Below, in pieces: positions 16,011 to 30,264 of a stretch of 64,000 nt of DNA (positions within the stretch are counted from its first letter, which is position 1; each line of letters begins with the position of its first letter). Source of the stretch: the human T2T-CHM13v2.0 reference genome, Homo sapiens. The translations under genes were made by a program, and so were the position numbers. The notes beneath the pieces were generated by a model that was not told the origin of the DNA, made no database searches, and saw only the letters and a program-made list of their open reading frames with translations. The DNA lies in the NCBI RefSeq assembly GCF_009914755.1, contig NC_060930.1. One strand, given 5' to 3'.

Positions 16011-16937
16011 CTATATCAATTTCCTTTATGTAAATTCAGACAGGTCTGTAATCTTTAGTCCCAGGTATTGATTGTGTTTATTGAATCTTGAGGAGGATTC
16101 TGGAATATTGGCCACCTACTTCTTTTCTAACTCAACAAGTTCATTTGATGGGTTCACAACTGTATATTACAGATAAAAGCTTTTGTAGAATACCAACTAA
16201 AATGTCAATCTTAATACTTAACTGTATTCCATGTAGTATAAACATAGCTTATGTGTTTTCACCGAAGATGTATACATGCTTTACCTGTGATATATAAAGC
16301 ACAATCTACAAAATCTAAAATTGTACCATAAATGCCTTTGTAGAGGAAGAAACACAATCATATACAGTTTAACACTCCATTTTAAATTTCCATTTATCAC
16401 TTTCAAAAGTCTGAGAACAATAAACATCATTTGGGGAAAAAATGATTATTTCATTATGATGAAAGGAAACGTGATTCTAGTAACATACACTATATATGCA
16501 CATATCCTTAATTCCTTTATTTGTGTTCCCCAAACTAACCTTTCTTCACAGGTTCCAGAGTTATCCATATCTAGGCTAAGATGTCATAAAGATAAACATT
16601 TGTTATTAGATCTCATAATAGTTTATATACCAGTATCTCACTACAAAACTTGTTATGTCAGAGAATTAAATACGAGACAATTAGATTTTTCCTGGAAGCT
16701 GTCTAAGGAGATGCAAAAAGAAAGTGTATATTACTTGAGAGGCCAGAGGGACATATCATATCACTACACCACTTTTAGGTAAGGATCTATGCAAGGACGC
16801 TATGAGTAACTCCTGTTAATCACATTACTACTACTACAATTAATCTTAATTCTTTGATCAGAGGTGTAAGATCAGAACTCAAAAGTTTGTGAGTTAATAA
16901 TGTGTGAGTAGAGGAAAGAGGTCATCCATTAAGTTAG

Positions 16938-17147
16938 GAGTTGACACGTGTTTTCTCTAATGGGCCAGATACTAAATATTTTAATATTTGCAGGCCATCA
17001 GATCTCTGTTGCAATAACTCAGCTCTGCTACTATAGCACAAAAACAGTCATAGACAATATGTTAATAACGGGTGTGGTCATTTTCCCATAAATGTTTATT
17101 TGCAAAAATAGGTGGTAGGCCATCTTGGGCTAGTTTGCTGACCTTGC
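16938..17147 (+). mobile_element. MER58A-type hAT-Charlie MITE
   Basis: gggccagatactaaatattttaatatttgcaggccat...actcagctctgctactatagcacaaaaacagtcatagacaatatg...tagtttgctgacc matches the recalled MER58A consensus. Confidence 0.8.
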
Positions 17148-17699
17148 GTTAAGGTTCACTATTAATTTCATTTTAACATGCATTTAGTAAGTTCGTAAAT
17201 TATGTAACACATGTCTGGAATATAAGGAAAAATGTAGTTGCAGACAACTACACCCCACTCAATAATTTAATCATTTGTGGTGGGCTGTAGGCTGTGATAC
17301 TTTGGGAGGATAATTAGGCAAAAAGCAATCGTAAGATCATATACAAAACAAAATAGTTTATCTTATTATTTCTTAGAGTGTCAGAAGACCTTAGATCTAA
17401 AAAATGGTTGGCAACCTGAAGAGAGTTAATCCTCCATTTAGCTATTTATTAGATATTGGGGAATGCTTATGTGTCAGGCACTTTAGAAGAGTGAGGGAGA
17501 TATGAATTAAACCTCACGGCATTGCGGAATACAGATGTACCAATGCCAAAACACGATGTGACAAATTCTAAAGATACTGTGTGCTCCTGCTTTCTTATAG
17601 ACTTACTCTTCCCATTTTGCAAAAGAGAATGAGGTTCAGCGACATTTCCAATGTCACCTATTTAAGGAAGTTATTCTAGATTCTTCAAGTGTAAGGCAG

Positions 17700-17703
<4 letters not shown>

Positions 17704-17730
<27 letters not shown>

Positions 17731-18016
17731 GAGACGGAGTCTTGCTCTGTCGCCCAGGCTGGAGTGCAGTGGCGTGATGTTGGCTCACTGCAAGCTCCGC
17801 CTCCCAGGTTCACGCCATTCCCCTGCCTCAGACTCCTGAGTAGCTGGGACTACAGGCGCCCGCCATCACGCCCGCTAATTTTGTGTGTGTGTGTTTTTAG
17901 TAGAGACGGGGTTTCATCGTGTTAGCCAGGATGATCTCGATCTCCTGACCTCATGATCCGCCCGCCTCGGCCTCCCAAAGTGTTGGGATTACAGGCGTGA
18001 GCCACTGCGCCCGGCC
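17704..18016 (-). mobile_element. AluY
   Basis: Y diagnostics caagctccgcctcc, ttcacgccattc, gttagccaggatg, tgacctcatgatcc; CpG-rich; perfect 15-bp TSD gtgtaaggcagtttt at 17689-17703 and 18017-18031. Confidence 0.97.
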
Positions 18017-21000
18017 GTGTAAGGCAGTTTTCTTACTGCCCCGTACTACCTCTTTCCAGAATTATCTTTCTACCTCAGCTCTGACCTGCTCCAATCTGTG
18101 CTATCATTCAGATCTGCAAAATGAGAATAATGATATTTAATATTTTTCTACATGCATTTTGCAATTGAAAGCTGTTTGTTCTGGAAATGCTTACCCCTTT
18201 ACTATTCATGGTTTTTGTTTTTATTATTGTTGTTATTTTTATTGTGAAATTATTTACATATTGTTGGGGACAATAATCTCTAACCTTTGTCTTCAGGATC
18301 AAGCCTTCAGACCTGTTTATTCACTTCTAATCCCACATAAAGACATAAGGCGATGCGTATTGAATTGCCAGTATCAACAATGCTCTCTGACTTTGCTGAA
18401 AAAAAGAGTAACCGGAACTCCCTAATGCATTTTCCTTCATATATATTTGGTTTAGACACTTACTTTAATTTTTAAGCCTGTGGTTTAGGTAAAATTTATC
18501 AGCACATTTTTTGTACTTTACTCATTTTTATGTCATTGAGTGATACTTTAGTGTTGTAAGAGAAAAAGAAATAACTTGGAGTTAGGTACAAAAAATGTGC
18601 CCTATAAATAACCATCAGCTTATTCTGTGGGTTGTAAGGCTAAATCCCCTCCCCACTTCCTCCTCCTGGAATCTGAGAAATGGCCAGTTTGTAAGCCACT
18701 TGTTGGCCTTCACAGCTACCACATTAGCTAAAAGACAGTCCAGCTCATTTTACCTAACTATTGAAAAGGCAGTATTTATTTTTTAGTTGGAGAGGTAGGA
18801 AAGGATGGTGGGAAGTTCTAAAAACTCTGATTCAACCTCTGACCTACAATCTACAGAAAGAAAAAGAAGCCCCCAGCCTACCATAAACAGTCAGGAAACC
18901 CAGAAGCTCTGATTTCCAGCTGTGAAACTCACTCCCACAAAGGCCTTGGAGCAAGACCTTAACTCTGCCAGAAGTCCCAAGGCCATTTCAGTCCCAAAAC
19001 CCTCAAAGAAATAGAAAAAGATGAGAGGAGACGGTATCCATTCATTCACTATTACAGTTTTCTCTCATTGCCTCTTTTGGAAATTTGATGTTCTCTTTCT
19101 CGGGCCATGGAAGCTGGACGTTCTTTTGGTCCGTAGTCTCATTCTAAGTGTAGGAGAGTTAATGAATACTGGGATGCCCTTTGAAGAGTGTGGATGCAGA
19201 AAATACTGAAGTAATTCAAAGTGCAGCCCACATTGATTGCAAAGCCTTAAGCTGACCACAGTCCCTTGTAGTGTGGGACATGTGATAAAAATGTAAAAAA
19301 TGAAGGCAATATATAAAAACTTATCCTCATGTTTGTTTAATTAAAATGTTAGATTAAAACTGAATTCCTAGAAAACAGAAGCATTTAGGGCAGTTTTCAC
19401 TTTTTGTTATTCTCAGCATATATCATTTGTTGTAATAAAGGGCAAAATTGAATGGAATCATATAGTGATTTAATCTCAATCTTTAAGAAGGAAGGGGGAC
19501 TAGGGTAGAAAAAGATTTTGTTTTGTTTTGTTTTCTTGTTTCAGTTTCTGAAACTCCTGTAATTATGTGCAATTACCTATTATGTCGGAAATTGGTTCTC
19601 AAAGATGTAGAACCTACTTTGTGTTCTTTAAAAAAAACTGTACAAAATATGCAATTTAAAAGGAAACAGTTTGAATGTGGAGAAAAATGAGGCTACAGCT
19701 GTAGGATTTTGTTATGCTTTTAGTACCAAATCACAAAACCCATTAAATTATTTATCCTACAGGCAGGCGTTGTACTGCAAACGTTGAATACAATTGCAGA
19801 TTCTAGGAAAAGAAATGTGTGCATTTTAATTGCCTCTGATTTAAACAACCTCTAATTTCATTAGTCTTATTTTTTTCCTCAAAAAATACAAGAGTTTATT
19901 TTTAGTCCTAGGATGCAAATGACACTAATATTTTTTCTTTCCTTTAAAGAAGCAGGCTATTGAGGATCAAGCCATACAGGAGCACATGTGCACATATACA
20001 TGCAAGAAAGCTGCATACACATGCATAACACGTTCTCCCATATATACAATCTGCAATATGCCCCCAAAGGATTCATGGTGCTCCTATCATATTCTTTGCT
20101 CCTCATACATGCATATAGATTGGCTTACTATATTTCACTTCCATCATTTCTCCCAATACTATGTCACAAATGAAGATATCCTCCAGGAGTCCTGCTTACG
20201 AAGCAGACTATTGTTCCCAGGCAAAGAAGACATATAAATTTATCAAGGGTTGGGTAGCATGGGAGTGAGGGGAAAGCTCTCTCATGTCATATTTTTGGGT
20301 TCATTTGAAAAATCTTGGCTTTGCCATCCTCTGTAATTAAAACTCTTCTGTCTTAAGATTTATCGGTGCAGTAGTGAACGCATTTTCAAAATGTTTCTTT
20401 ACAGCAGCTATTGGAAATCTCTAACTCTGCCTCAGGCAGGATGCTGCGGCTGCTGTACTTTTTGGGGTCTATTCTCCCCATGATAAATGAGCTTAACTTC
20501 AAAGATAAGTTACAACAACTCTCAGAGGGGAAACCCTTATTACTCTTAATATACGTTACTCTCTATCATTGCATTTCAAATACTGTTGCATGGAAAAGAA
20601 ACCATACAAAATTGCTTAAGTCTTGCTTTGTCAATAGAGTCAGGGTATGCATATGTAGACTTTAATTGAAATATAGGATAATTATTTCTCCCAAGCTATA
20701 GTTACTTTTGCTGTGTGTGTAGCAAAACCAGTAAATTGGATAATATACAAGCAACACTTGTAGTAATGGTGATAACAGTATTATTTACTATCTTATTCAA
20801 TCAATATCATGCAACTTGATAAAACTCAGAGATTTCTTAAAGTGAGATTTCACTCAAATGATACACGATCTCTAAAAGAATATATGTGATTTTAATGTGA
20901 TTTTGACTATTTCAGATTTAATAGTACATTTTTTCTTTCCAGAGCCCATCTTATCTCGAGAAATGTTGTGCTCTAGCCATTTCCCTAAAAGTATGCTTTC

Positions 21001-23209
21001 TGAAGTTGCTTAAAGATGAAAATTTAAAAGAAAAATTGACCCATCATTCCACTGTGTTCCTGCCCAGAGATTGAATTTGTTCTCCCGGCTGATGAATTTT
21101 TACTCCTCTTTCTAGTTTGTTAGCAGAGCAACATATAGATGGATGGGTGTGTGCAGATTGAAGCCTGGTCCTTTATCCTTTGAAAGGGTTAAAGTGAAAA
21201 GGGGGCTTTTTGAAACTGGGGAGTCAGTAGGGTGGGGGTATGAGGGAAGGAAAAAGGAGAAAGAAAAGGTTAGTGTTTTCTGTCCATTAAAGGGAGTATT
21301 CTGTTCTGAAACCAAATTGGTCATGCATTCCAGAAGCGTTTCCTGGTAGAGCGGAGTCTGACCGGAGCACCTGCCTTGCTATTGTACTGGGTCTGGGCTG
21401 CTGTCCTCCAGCCCTTTCCTTTATATGAGGCAGAATCTGTCACTTATTACAGACAGATTGCTCGTGGGCCCAGAATGGCTGTGAGCCACTGAGGGGATGG
21501 GGGAGAATACTGTGACCGCGTGAATCACTGCCCAAGCCATCACGTACACACAGCTTTATTTTTCTTCTCTAAGCACTTAAACAATAATGACGTGAAACCC
21601 TAATGACATCATGTTGAAGTCTACCAAAAGATTAAACCATCTGAACCCAGGGTACAGATAGGTTAATATTCCAAGCTGAAGAGTAAGAAAATACAAAGAA
21701 AGGGTAGACACTGGGTGCTCAGAGTTTCAGGAGCACAGAGGAAAAGAGAGTGTCAGTGGCCAGCATGCCGCAGGTGGAATCTATTAGCTCTGTAACACCG
21801 GAGGTAAATAATCGGACTTGCTCTGTGGATCCTGGAAGGAATTCCCGGTGTCCCAGCTGTGTTTTTTTGCACCCCACAGAGTACCTCCCTGGATTTATGC
21901 CCTGGACACCTCAGCACTGAGGAGGGACACCTTATCCAGAAATGATGTCATAGTTCTGCTACTGCATGCTTCAACTAGTTATTTTTTAAAGCATGTTGCT
22001 TAACAGGCACACACATTGTGAACATTTTTTTTAAGTTGCATACTTTAAGGGATTAGTCGGTTTCTCTCTCATCTAGTCATTTTGTTTTCTTCTTCATTCA
22101 AGAAGTGAGTAATGAACAGAAGATTAAAAACAACTGGGTTTTTTTTTTGCATTGAATTCTTTTTAATGGGTGTACATCGAAGGAAACTTGCTGTGATAAA
22201 ATCCAGTTGTGGAAGATTCACATTGCCCTGTGGCTATCTGTTCAGATTAATGAAAGGTGGCCTTTGTAACCAAATCTGCCAACCCTAGGGTCACTCTCTC
22301 TGGCCCTCTAGAACTATTAGACAGAAAGCCAGAGCTTAAATATGCTGGTCTTTGGTATCTTTGCTGACATTTCTGGACAGATGTTAATTATAAGAAAAAT
22401 GATAGTGGAAATGTAGATAGTATAGAAAATATCTATTAAATATCTATTAAAATTAAATTTTTTTTTATTGTTTCTTTTTTAGTTAAGAGATTTGGTTAGG
22501 AAGAGCACATGGCAAAGGCTTATACAGAGCACCCCTACCCCCTTGTGGCACAATGGCACTTGTAAAATGGAAATTTCATCATCTTTTTTAGAGCTGTTGA
22601 GACTTTTGAACTCAGAAACACCTGAATTAAACCCCTTGAAGCACTGTCCTGTTGAAGATCAAAACATAGAAAGGTAGACAATTTCTCAGCTCTAGAGAGA
22701 AGAAAAAAGATCTGAGGTATTTTTCTCTTGAAATATTTTAGTTTTTATTTTTATTGTAGATCACAGTACATTAAAATATATGTCACCTATTTAATCATCA
22801 GGCAGCCTGGCTAAAGATAAGGCCCCATTATTTATTTAGCTATTCTTAAATATTTATGTTATCCCAATCAAAATAAATAAAAACTTCATCATTTATAAAA
22901 AGTTATTACAACTAATTTGATGCTCTCAATCACTCTAGGGAATAGTCTGTGGCTATTCTCCTTTTGAAAATGAGAACACCAGAGCTCAGAAATGTTAAGG
23001 GTCTTGTCTAAGCTGGCATCATGGTTAACAGAAGCATCCCAGGGGAACACAGCTGGTCAAGGGGGAAGCAAGACCTGAACCCCGGTTTTCAAAAACTAAG
23101 GCTAGGACTCTGTTGTATAACACCCACGCCTGTATAGAATTAACTGCACAATTTTGCACATTAATCTCTCATACATGGCCCTCCACACTGGCCTCATCTC
23201 CAATGTCTT

Positions 23210-24200
23210 CATTCACTTCTCTGCCTAAACTCCTGTTCATCTTCGAAAACTCAGATAAAATGTTATTTCCTCAATGAAGCCTTTTGTGATTCCCATAAGC
23301 AATGATTCATTTTTCCCTTCTATATTTCCTCTGCCCTCTGTTCATTCACCTATTTTGGCAGTTACCATGTTGCACTGGCATGATCATTTTATTCATTTAT
23401 ATCTCCCTCTAGACTGAGTTCCGTCAGGGAGAAATCTTGTCTTATTCATGCCTATATCCCAACATTTACTATGGACCTGGCAATGCCAGCTATTGGGAGA
23501 TGTTTGGGGATCCATATATGTAAGTTGGGGCTCCATGTGATAAGCTGAGTTACCCTCATTAAGCCTCTTGTCAGTAATGCTGACATCTGGCAACTCTAAA
23601 AGGGCCTTTCTGTGGAAAAGCTCCAGGAAGGATTCTTAGACCCTTCCTGGTTCTCCTTGTTTTTCTATCTTCTCTGTAGCAGACACCTATTACCCAGGAT
23701 GCCGCTGGCTTCTAGTCATTCATCCACACATTCATTCATTCACACATTCATTCATTCATTCACACATTCATTCATTCACACACTCATTCATTCATACATA
23801 AATTCATTAAACAGATATTGATTACTTGCTCCAGGGTAGGCACAATGCTAGGTCCTGGGAATATAGATGTTAAAAAGATAAAAGAGACAGCTTCTGATTC
23901 CAAGAAACTCAAAGGAAGATGGGAAAGATGGCAAGCAAATAAACATAATGATTGGGGTAAGCTGGGTCCTATGACTGTTCATGATTTTCTATGAAAGGTA
24001 ATTCTAAGAGACAGGATGTAGGTGGAGGGATAAGCCTACAAAGTTTCCAGGAGGAGGTCATATCTGAATAGTACTTTGACTCATGAGTAGGCATCAACTA
24101 GAGAGAATAAGAGTGGAGCAAGGGGAGATGTGGAAATAGTACTGTAATCAGAAAGATTACAGTGTGAAAAGGGCCTAGAGATGCTGAGAGACCACAGCAC
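23210..24200. mobile_element. Tail-to-tail L2 3' fragments with a (CATT)n array at about 23715-23810
   Basis: L2 3' end on plus (tttatatctccctctagactgagttcc...), and reverse L2 3' end (cattcattcattc...gcacaatgctaggtcctggg). Confidence 0.65.
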
Positions 24201-24379
24201 ATTCAGGGTATTGCAAGAAGTTCCATATGGCAGTTATTGGATTAAGGAGGAAGATAGTGAGTGATGATTCTGGTGAAGGCAGCAGGAAACCCACCATAAA
24301 GTACACGATAAGTCATACAAAAATATTATCCTCAAAATATGAAAGCAATAAGGAGGAAAGTTCACTTTGATAGAAGTAT

Positions 24380-25520
24380 GAGGAATGCCAGAAAGGGCTA
24401 GACTTGGGGAAGAAGCTGTGGGAAAAGAACAACAGTGAATGTGAAGAAACAATTGGGATATTACACCAACTTGGGTAACGATCCAGGTAATAATTGATCA
24501 TGAAAGAAATGAGAGCACGGGTGCCCTAAAACATATTTATAAGATTTAATTCTATATAGGGGACTGAGAGGAAGAGCCTGAAAAAAATGCTAGCAGAAGA
24601 AATAGATTTAGAAGTAGAAGAGAGAAATTAGTAGAGAACCGAGCACTCAAAATAAGCATGCAAACCAAACTTTCAAGACATATGAAAAATCAAGCACTAA
24701 AAACAAAATTAAAATCAGATTAATTCATTGAATAGAGAATCCTCACAAAGACTATAAATATGTCTGTCTAAGATTTTTAAAGGGATAAATTAAAGTATAA
24801 CACCCATTTAAAAATAATAAAATGAACCAGAAATAGATAAAAGTGAAATTAAAACAGATATAAAAAAGGACCAGTTGGAAAACTTACAAATAAAAAATAA
24901 AATTCAATAGATAAAAATATACTCTGGATTAGAATCACTGACGAAGGCATAAATGTACTGAATTGTTAACCCAGAACCCAGCATCAAGGGATAAGGAGAT
25001 AAAAATATGAAAAAAATAGATTCATGTTTACTGAGGAAAGACTGAATGGATCCGCAAGTATCTAATAAGACTTCCCATAGAAGAAAATGCAAGGAATGGC
25101 AGAGAAGTATTAAATATCACAAAATTTTCCAAAATTAGAGAAAAATCAAAAGTGTATACCAAATCACCAAGTAGGATAAATAACAATAAAGCTGCATCTA
25201 GAAACTTCATAGCAAAAGCATAGTCCATCAAAAACAAGTGAAAACACTCAAAAGCTATCAGGAGGAAAGATAAATTAACAGAAAAAAAATAGATTAACTG
25301 TACACTTCCCATAAGCAACAATAAATGCCAAAGCCAATGGAACACCACCTTCAAAGCACTGAGGGAAAATAATTGTCAACCAAGTATTCTATATCCAGGT
25401 ATATTTCCATGTAAGCTCAAGGACAAAATAAAACATTTAAAAACATACAGAACCAGAAGAGTTTACACAAAACTCACTAAACTCCATTAGATGATGTTTT
25501 TAAGCAAGAAGAATAGTGAA
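24380..25520 (+). mobile_element. Ancient L1M/HAL1 ORF1-region remnant
   Basis: A-rich; caccttcaaagcactgagggaaaataattgtcaaccaagtattctatatccagg resembles the L1 ORF1 C-terminal coding region. Confidence 0.6.
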
Positions 25521-25544
25521 TTCTGGAGGAAGGAAAAAGGTAAT

Positions 25545-25800
25545 AACAATAACAGCTAATAATTAGAGTATTTACTTTCTGCTGGGCACAGTTCTAAGTG
25601 ACTACATCATTAGCTCCTTTGGTCCCAATAACAACCCAATAAAATAGAGACTACTGTGAGGTTCATTTTACAACTGAGAAAATATATGTCATGAGAAAGA
25701 CAAAGAACTTCCTCACAGCTAAGAACTGGTAGATCTGGGGACTGAACCTCAGCAGACTGACTCTAGGACACACATGTTTTATCACTACATATTCTGCCCC
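25545..25800 (-). mobile_element. MIR SINE
   Basis: ctgggcacagttctaagtg...cattttacaactgagaaaa...cacagctaagaactggtagatctggggactgaacctcagcagactgactc. Confidence 0.75.
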
Positions 25801-27087
25801 AATAGAAGAAACAAAGACAAACAAAGAACTTGATGAAACATTGCTAAATGTAATTATTAGGTGTAAAAATGACTATTTTTATTATTTATAAAACTGTTAA
25901 TAGAAGTCCTCCAATAAAAGGCATAGAAGTGAGACTGAGAACAGTTCTTGCTATATAGGGCCGTAGTCAGATACAGAGAGAAAAACTGACTTCAATATTT
26001 ATATGCCGAGGGGTTGAGTTCTATGAGGAGGAATGGTAGAAGTGGAGGGGAGAATGTGGATGAACAAGGTTTCAGCGGCAGCAAAACAACCCCAGACCCA
26101 AGGCCTGGGAAGCCTTCTTATGAATAGATAATACCTCGACCCTCTGATTTCTTACAATCTTTAGAATCCTAATCACACACATTAGCAGGTAATTATAGAC
26201 TGAAATTCTTTTGTTTGTATTCCATACATATTATCATCCTGTTGCCCCCAAGTAAAATGAGCTCCTTGAGGTAAAAAATTGCATTTTATAGCTCCTTTAT
26301 CCCCTTCAAGTGGCTAGCACAGTTCAGAAAATTTAAAAAGTAAATTATTATTATTGAATGATTGATCCATTATGAGGTTGTAATCCATTCGATAGGAATT
26401 ATTAATACATGATTATCTATATGTTAGGTATCTCAAATAAGGGAGCAATATTTTTAAGTTATTTGTATTTTCATAGACTTTATATATTTTTCAAGAAGCT
26501 TAAATCATTTAATTACTTAAATAGTAGAAACCTTGGAAACACTGTTGTTGGGCTCATGTCACTATCTTTAACTCTTTGGGAGTAAAGTATCTACTTCCAC
26601 TGATAAATGTCTCTATGAGCTATAAAAATATATAGTAGAAATTGTTTAAGAAGTAACATGTCTCGTTCTTGGACATTCTCTCACACCTGAACAGCTTCCA
26701 CTAACCTGTTATGAACCTAAATTTGAAGATCCCAGAAATGAGCCTGTGTAGAAAATCCCCCCCTTTAAAAAGAGGGTAGGCATTTCTCTCAGTTGAATCT
26801 CTTAGAAAATATTTTGAGAAATGTTCTAAGCTAATAGTCTCTTATTTCTCACTCTACATTCCACCAGATATATAAACTGTCTTCAAACATTTAGTCAGTC
26901 CTACAATATTACTGTTGAGTTTGAGGTCAAGATAATCTTCTCTTGATGATTTAGTCCAAATCCCAAAGTTCCTCTCTCCTTTACTAACTTTAGCAAGATT
27001 ACCTCTAGAGGGGATCTAATCATAAGGTCTCTAAGATCTCTTTGGGACCTGCTGGGCATAGTGATCCCAAAGGGTATTCTTTCTCCC

Positions 27088-27160
27088 TTTCTTTCTTTCT
27101 TTCTTTCTTTCTCTCTCTCTCTCTCTCTTTCTTTCTTTCCTTCTTTCCTTTCTTTTTTTA
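27088..27160. repeat. (TTTC)n/(TC)n polypyrimidine microsatellite
   Basis: seen directly. Confidence 0.9.
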
Positions 27161-28519
27161 TTCTTCTCTGATGTCTTGGACCTGCTTGGGGTTGCTCAGC
27201 TTGCAGGAGCCCTGTGGACCATCTCTGGCTCCATTGCCCATGGCAAGAAAACTGCTTCTTTAACTTTCTCCAAACCTCTCTGTGGGATATCCAATCTAAC
27301 ACACCAGGAGAGCTCAGGCAGGGGTTAGCAGCTAAAAGGACCATTGATCCTCTTCAGAACTAAAAAGTTTCTATAAACAATCCATACGCCCTCCAAGAAT
27401 ACCCTGCAGCTTCTGCTGGCACTTCTTGAGAAGTGCTATGGCTAGTGAAATGCCCCACAGGACCCACTAGCGTTTCCAGATACCCACTGGTGAAGCACCC
27501 CCAAGGGACTCTCAGGCTCTGGGAAACAATCATCTTCAACCCTCTAGAATGTCCACGGACTTTACTAGCACCTTCTAAAAGTGCCCTGTGGGCTCTTCTG
27601 TCTTTTCATTTTTCCAGAATCGCACTGTGCTTAATCAACTACCCTGCTCACTGCATTAATTTGTCAGGAGCTCAGCTGAGCTGAAGAGAGCTGAGCTGCC
27701 AGGTGTTTGAGTAGCTGATTAAAACAAAAAGCCAAAATGGAATTAACAGGGAAGCCTTTAATCACCTTCTGCAAAAGTATGAAAAAGAGGCTAAACAAGA
27801 GGAAATGTCCACTCTGTTTTATTCTATTTTCTCCCCACGGAATGGCACCAGTCAAAGGTGAGGTGAATCAGCAGAGCCAAGGAAGTTCCAAACAAAAAGA
27901 TCCTGCAGTTTTATGAACCTGTGTCAGGGTGGATGGAAGGCAGAGATGACAAAATCGAAAAGACTAGGAGTGGGAAAGTACAGAGCACTGCATTGAAGTG
28001 GAGAAAAGTAGCCTCAAACCTGCCCCCACAATCCCATAAGGAGGTCTTGGCAGAGAGGCCTGAGAAAGGCCTTGGCCAAAAGCCCCATTAAAGGCCTCTG
28101 AATGAAGGCACCTGAGCTAGGAAGGCAGCTATGCCCAAGAGCATGGCTAGTCAAGAGGACCTGAGTCCTTGACTGTAGCTGCCCTCGGAGGCTGCAGCCC
28201 ACCAAGCCTGATGTGAGGAGAGCAGCTTTCTCCATGAGCCCTGTCAGGTAAAGCCTTTATTATTACCAACAGTTGGGCCTGAAAATTCATTCAGAAGTTT
28301 GTGGTCAGAAGCCATACTCCCCATCTAGCACACTTTCCTCTCCATGTGAACCAGGTGAATTTATAATCACCATCATCTTCCTCTCTCTCTAACCCCTATC
28401 CCAGCAACTGGCCAATACCGAGCCAATTAGGGTACTTTATTTTCCATTCTCATCCTTCAGCCTGGTCTGAAGGATGGAAATGGAGTCAAAGTTTAGCAAA
28501 TGGGAGTGTTTGCTCAGGA

Positions 28520-28805
28520 TGTTAAAAATTAGTATTGATGAGAGTAGTACTTAGCTCTTCCTTCTAGGTCATGAGGTCCTGGTGTTGCCAGAGCCATCTG
28601 CCATCTTCCCTGCCAGTGCAGAAAGCCCACCTGAGAACAAAGCCCACACAGTGAGAAGGCAAGCTGACTGACAGAGGGAAAGCTAAAGCTCAGGTTGAAC
28701 GGCCCCTGAACTTTCCAGTTATACCTACGATAATCTCCTTTCATCTTGTTTAGGGAGAGTGGGGTGAGTGTCTGTCACTTAAAGCTAACTATCCTGACTA
28801 ATACT
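28520..28805 (+). mobile_element. Old MaLR LTR fragment (MLT1J/K-type)
   Basis: gccatcttccctgcc...gaaagcccacctgagaacaaagccc...gtctgtcactt...atcctgactaatac resembles the MLT1J/K 3' end. Confidence 0.55.
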
Positions 28806-30264
28806 TTTCTATTTCAGTAGTCATTTCAACTATCAACATCCCCTTCACACTTCTACCCCAACCTCACATCCAAACATCACTACACACACCAGCCTCCCGA
28901 TTCATTCCAAACACTAGACCTGTGTACAACTATTCTAAGACTCACTGTAACTCTGCCTCCAACCAGTTCAGGCTAAGCCATTTATCTTCTTATCATGTTA
29001 AATATCAGCTTCAAAACCTAGAGGAATATAGACTCAATTATGCTTTTGGAGTGGGAAGACTTTGGATGGAGTGGTAGAAGCTTTTCCTGGTGTGCCTAAA
29101 ATCACAGGAGAAAGGAGACTAGGATCTGTCATTTTATTTTTAGAAAACATCTGCCTATTGGTTATTTTGATTTTCATAAAAGCCCTTTGAAGTACACAGG
29201 TTTTAATATGTGATTCAAAAGAGAATTATTGCATAAAATTAGGCATTTATAAGGTGAGTGTACAGACAACCAACAAAGTGACAAGGTTGACTTGCATTTC
29301 ATTTCATTAAGTCACAGAACTATGACATACTAGCACAGATCAAACCATGAAGATGTGAGGATTGTAGGAAATGTGAGCTTACAATCACTATGTTCCTTTT
29401 GAATGAAAAGCCACTTGCAGATTCAAGTTTTCCACTAATCAATTTTGCTGGATTGTTCAGGTACAATAATTTTCTAAACCAATCTAATATTTCTTACATA
29501 ATTTTTAAGCAAATATTTAGCTGATTTTTAATCTCTTTAGGGAAATGCTTTCAAATTAGGAATACCTTTATTAAATCTATAATGTATGGTTAACTGTAGA
29601 AAAAAATTACACATGTGCTATTAATAAAGTTGATAGTCACTATCTGAGATTGTGGGCTGTATATTTTTCTCATGTAAATAATAAAATCCCATTTTACTAA
29701 CAAGGGGAGTCCCAGGGACATTCACAAGAATCCTTGTATGTTAGGACATTGACTCGAGCTAAAGAGCCCACTTTTTCAAGCGATAGTTGAGGATACCAAA
29801 TAGTTTGACTGGCCCATCTCTTTCTCCTGCTTTCTGACCCAGCTGTTCAGTAAAAACAGTTTCCATCTGGCACGAGACAATCTGAGAGTTCTTCTTCATA
29901 AGGATGCTGCTATTCCCTGGAGCCACTTCCCCTAGGTCCAATAAAGGGGAACCTCCCCTTGAAGCTCTGGGGTTTTAACCATGCTAACTCCATGTTCTAA
30001 ATGCCTACAGAAAATCTTTTCTGACAAGTGTAATTAAAAAAAAGGAGTTTAGAAGCTACGTGAAATTTGTGATTGTAGAACTACTAACATTATTTCATGT
30101 ACAGTTAAGTAATATTTATTGAATATATTATTTATCAAATTTATTTTGAGTCCTGAATGATTTTTTCTCTAACATCGATTACTAGTCTTTGGAACTAGTG
30201 GAAAGTGGAAAAAACCATGCTCAGATAAATGGAGTAACAGTTGTTCTCTATGAGCCACCTGCCC

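Noticed and set aside
16321-16782. Longest ORF (153 aa)
   Set aside because: Starts at TTG, AT-rich, no recognisable domain or promoter/splice context; expected by chance in 64 kb.
22428-22452. Short tandem duplications (22428-22452, 37691-37715, 55941-55967, and cagtctg x2 in the Alu at ~62800)
   Set aside because: Ordinary slippage-scale duplications with no sign of function.
26901-27344. 147-aa ORF with K/E/R-rich stretch
   Set aside because: Openness and composition come from the (TTTC)n/(TC)n microsatellite.
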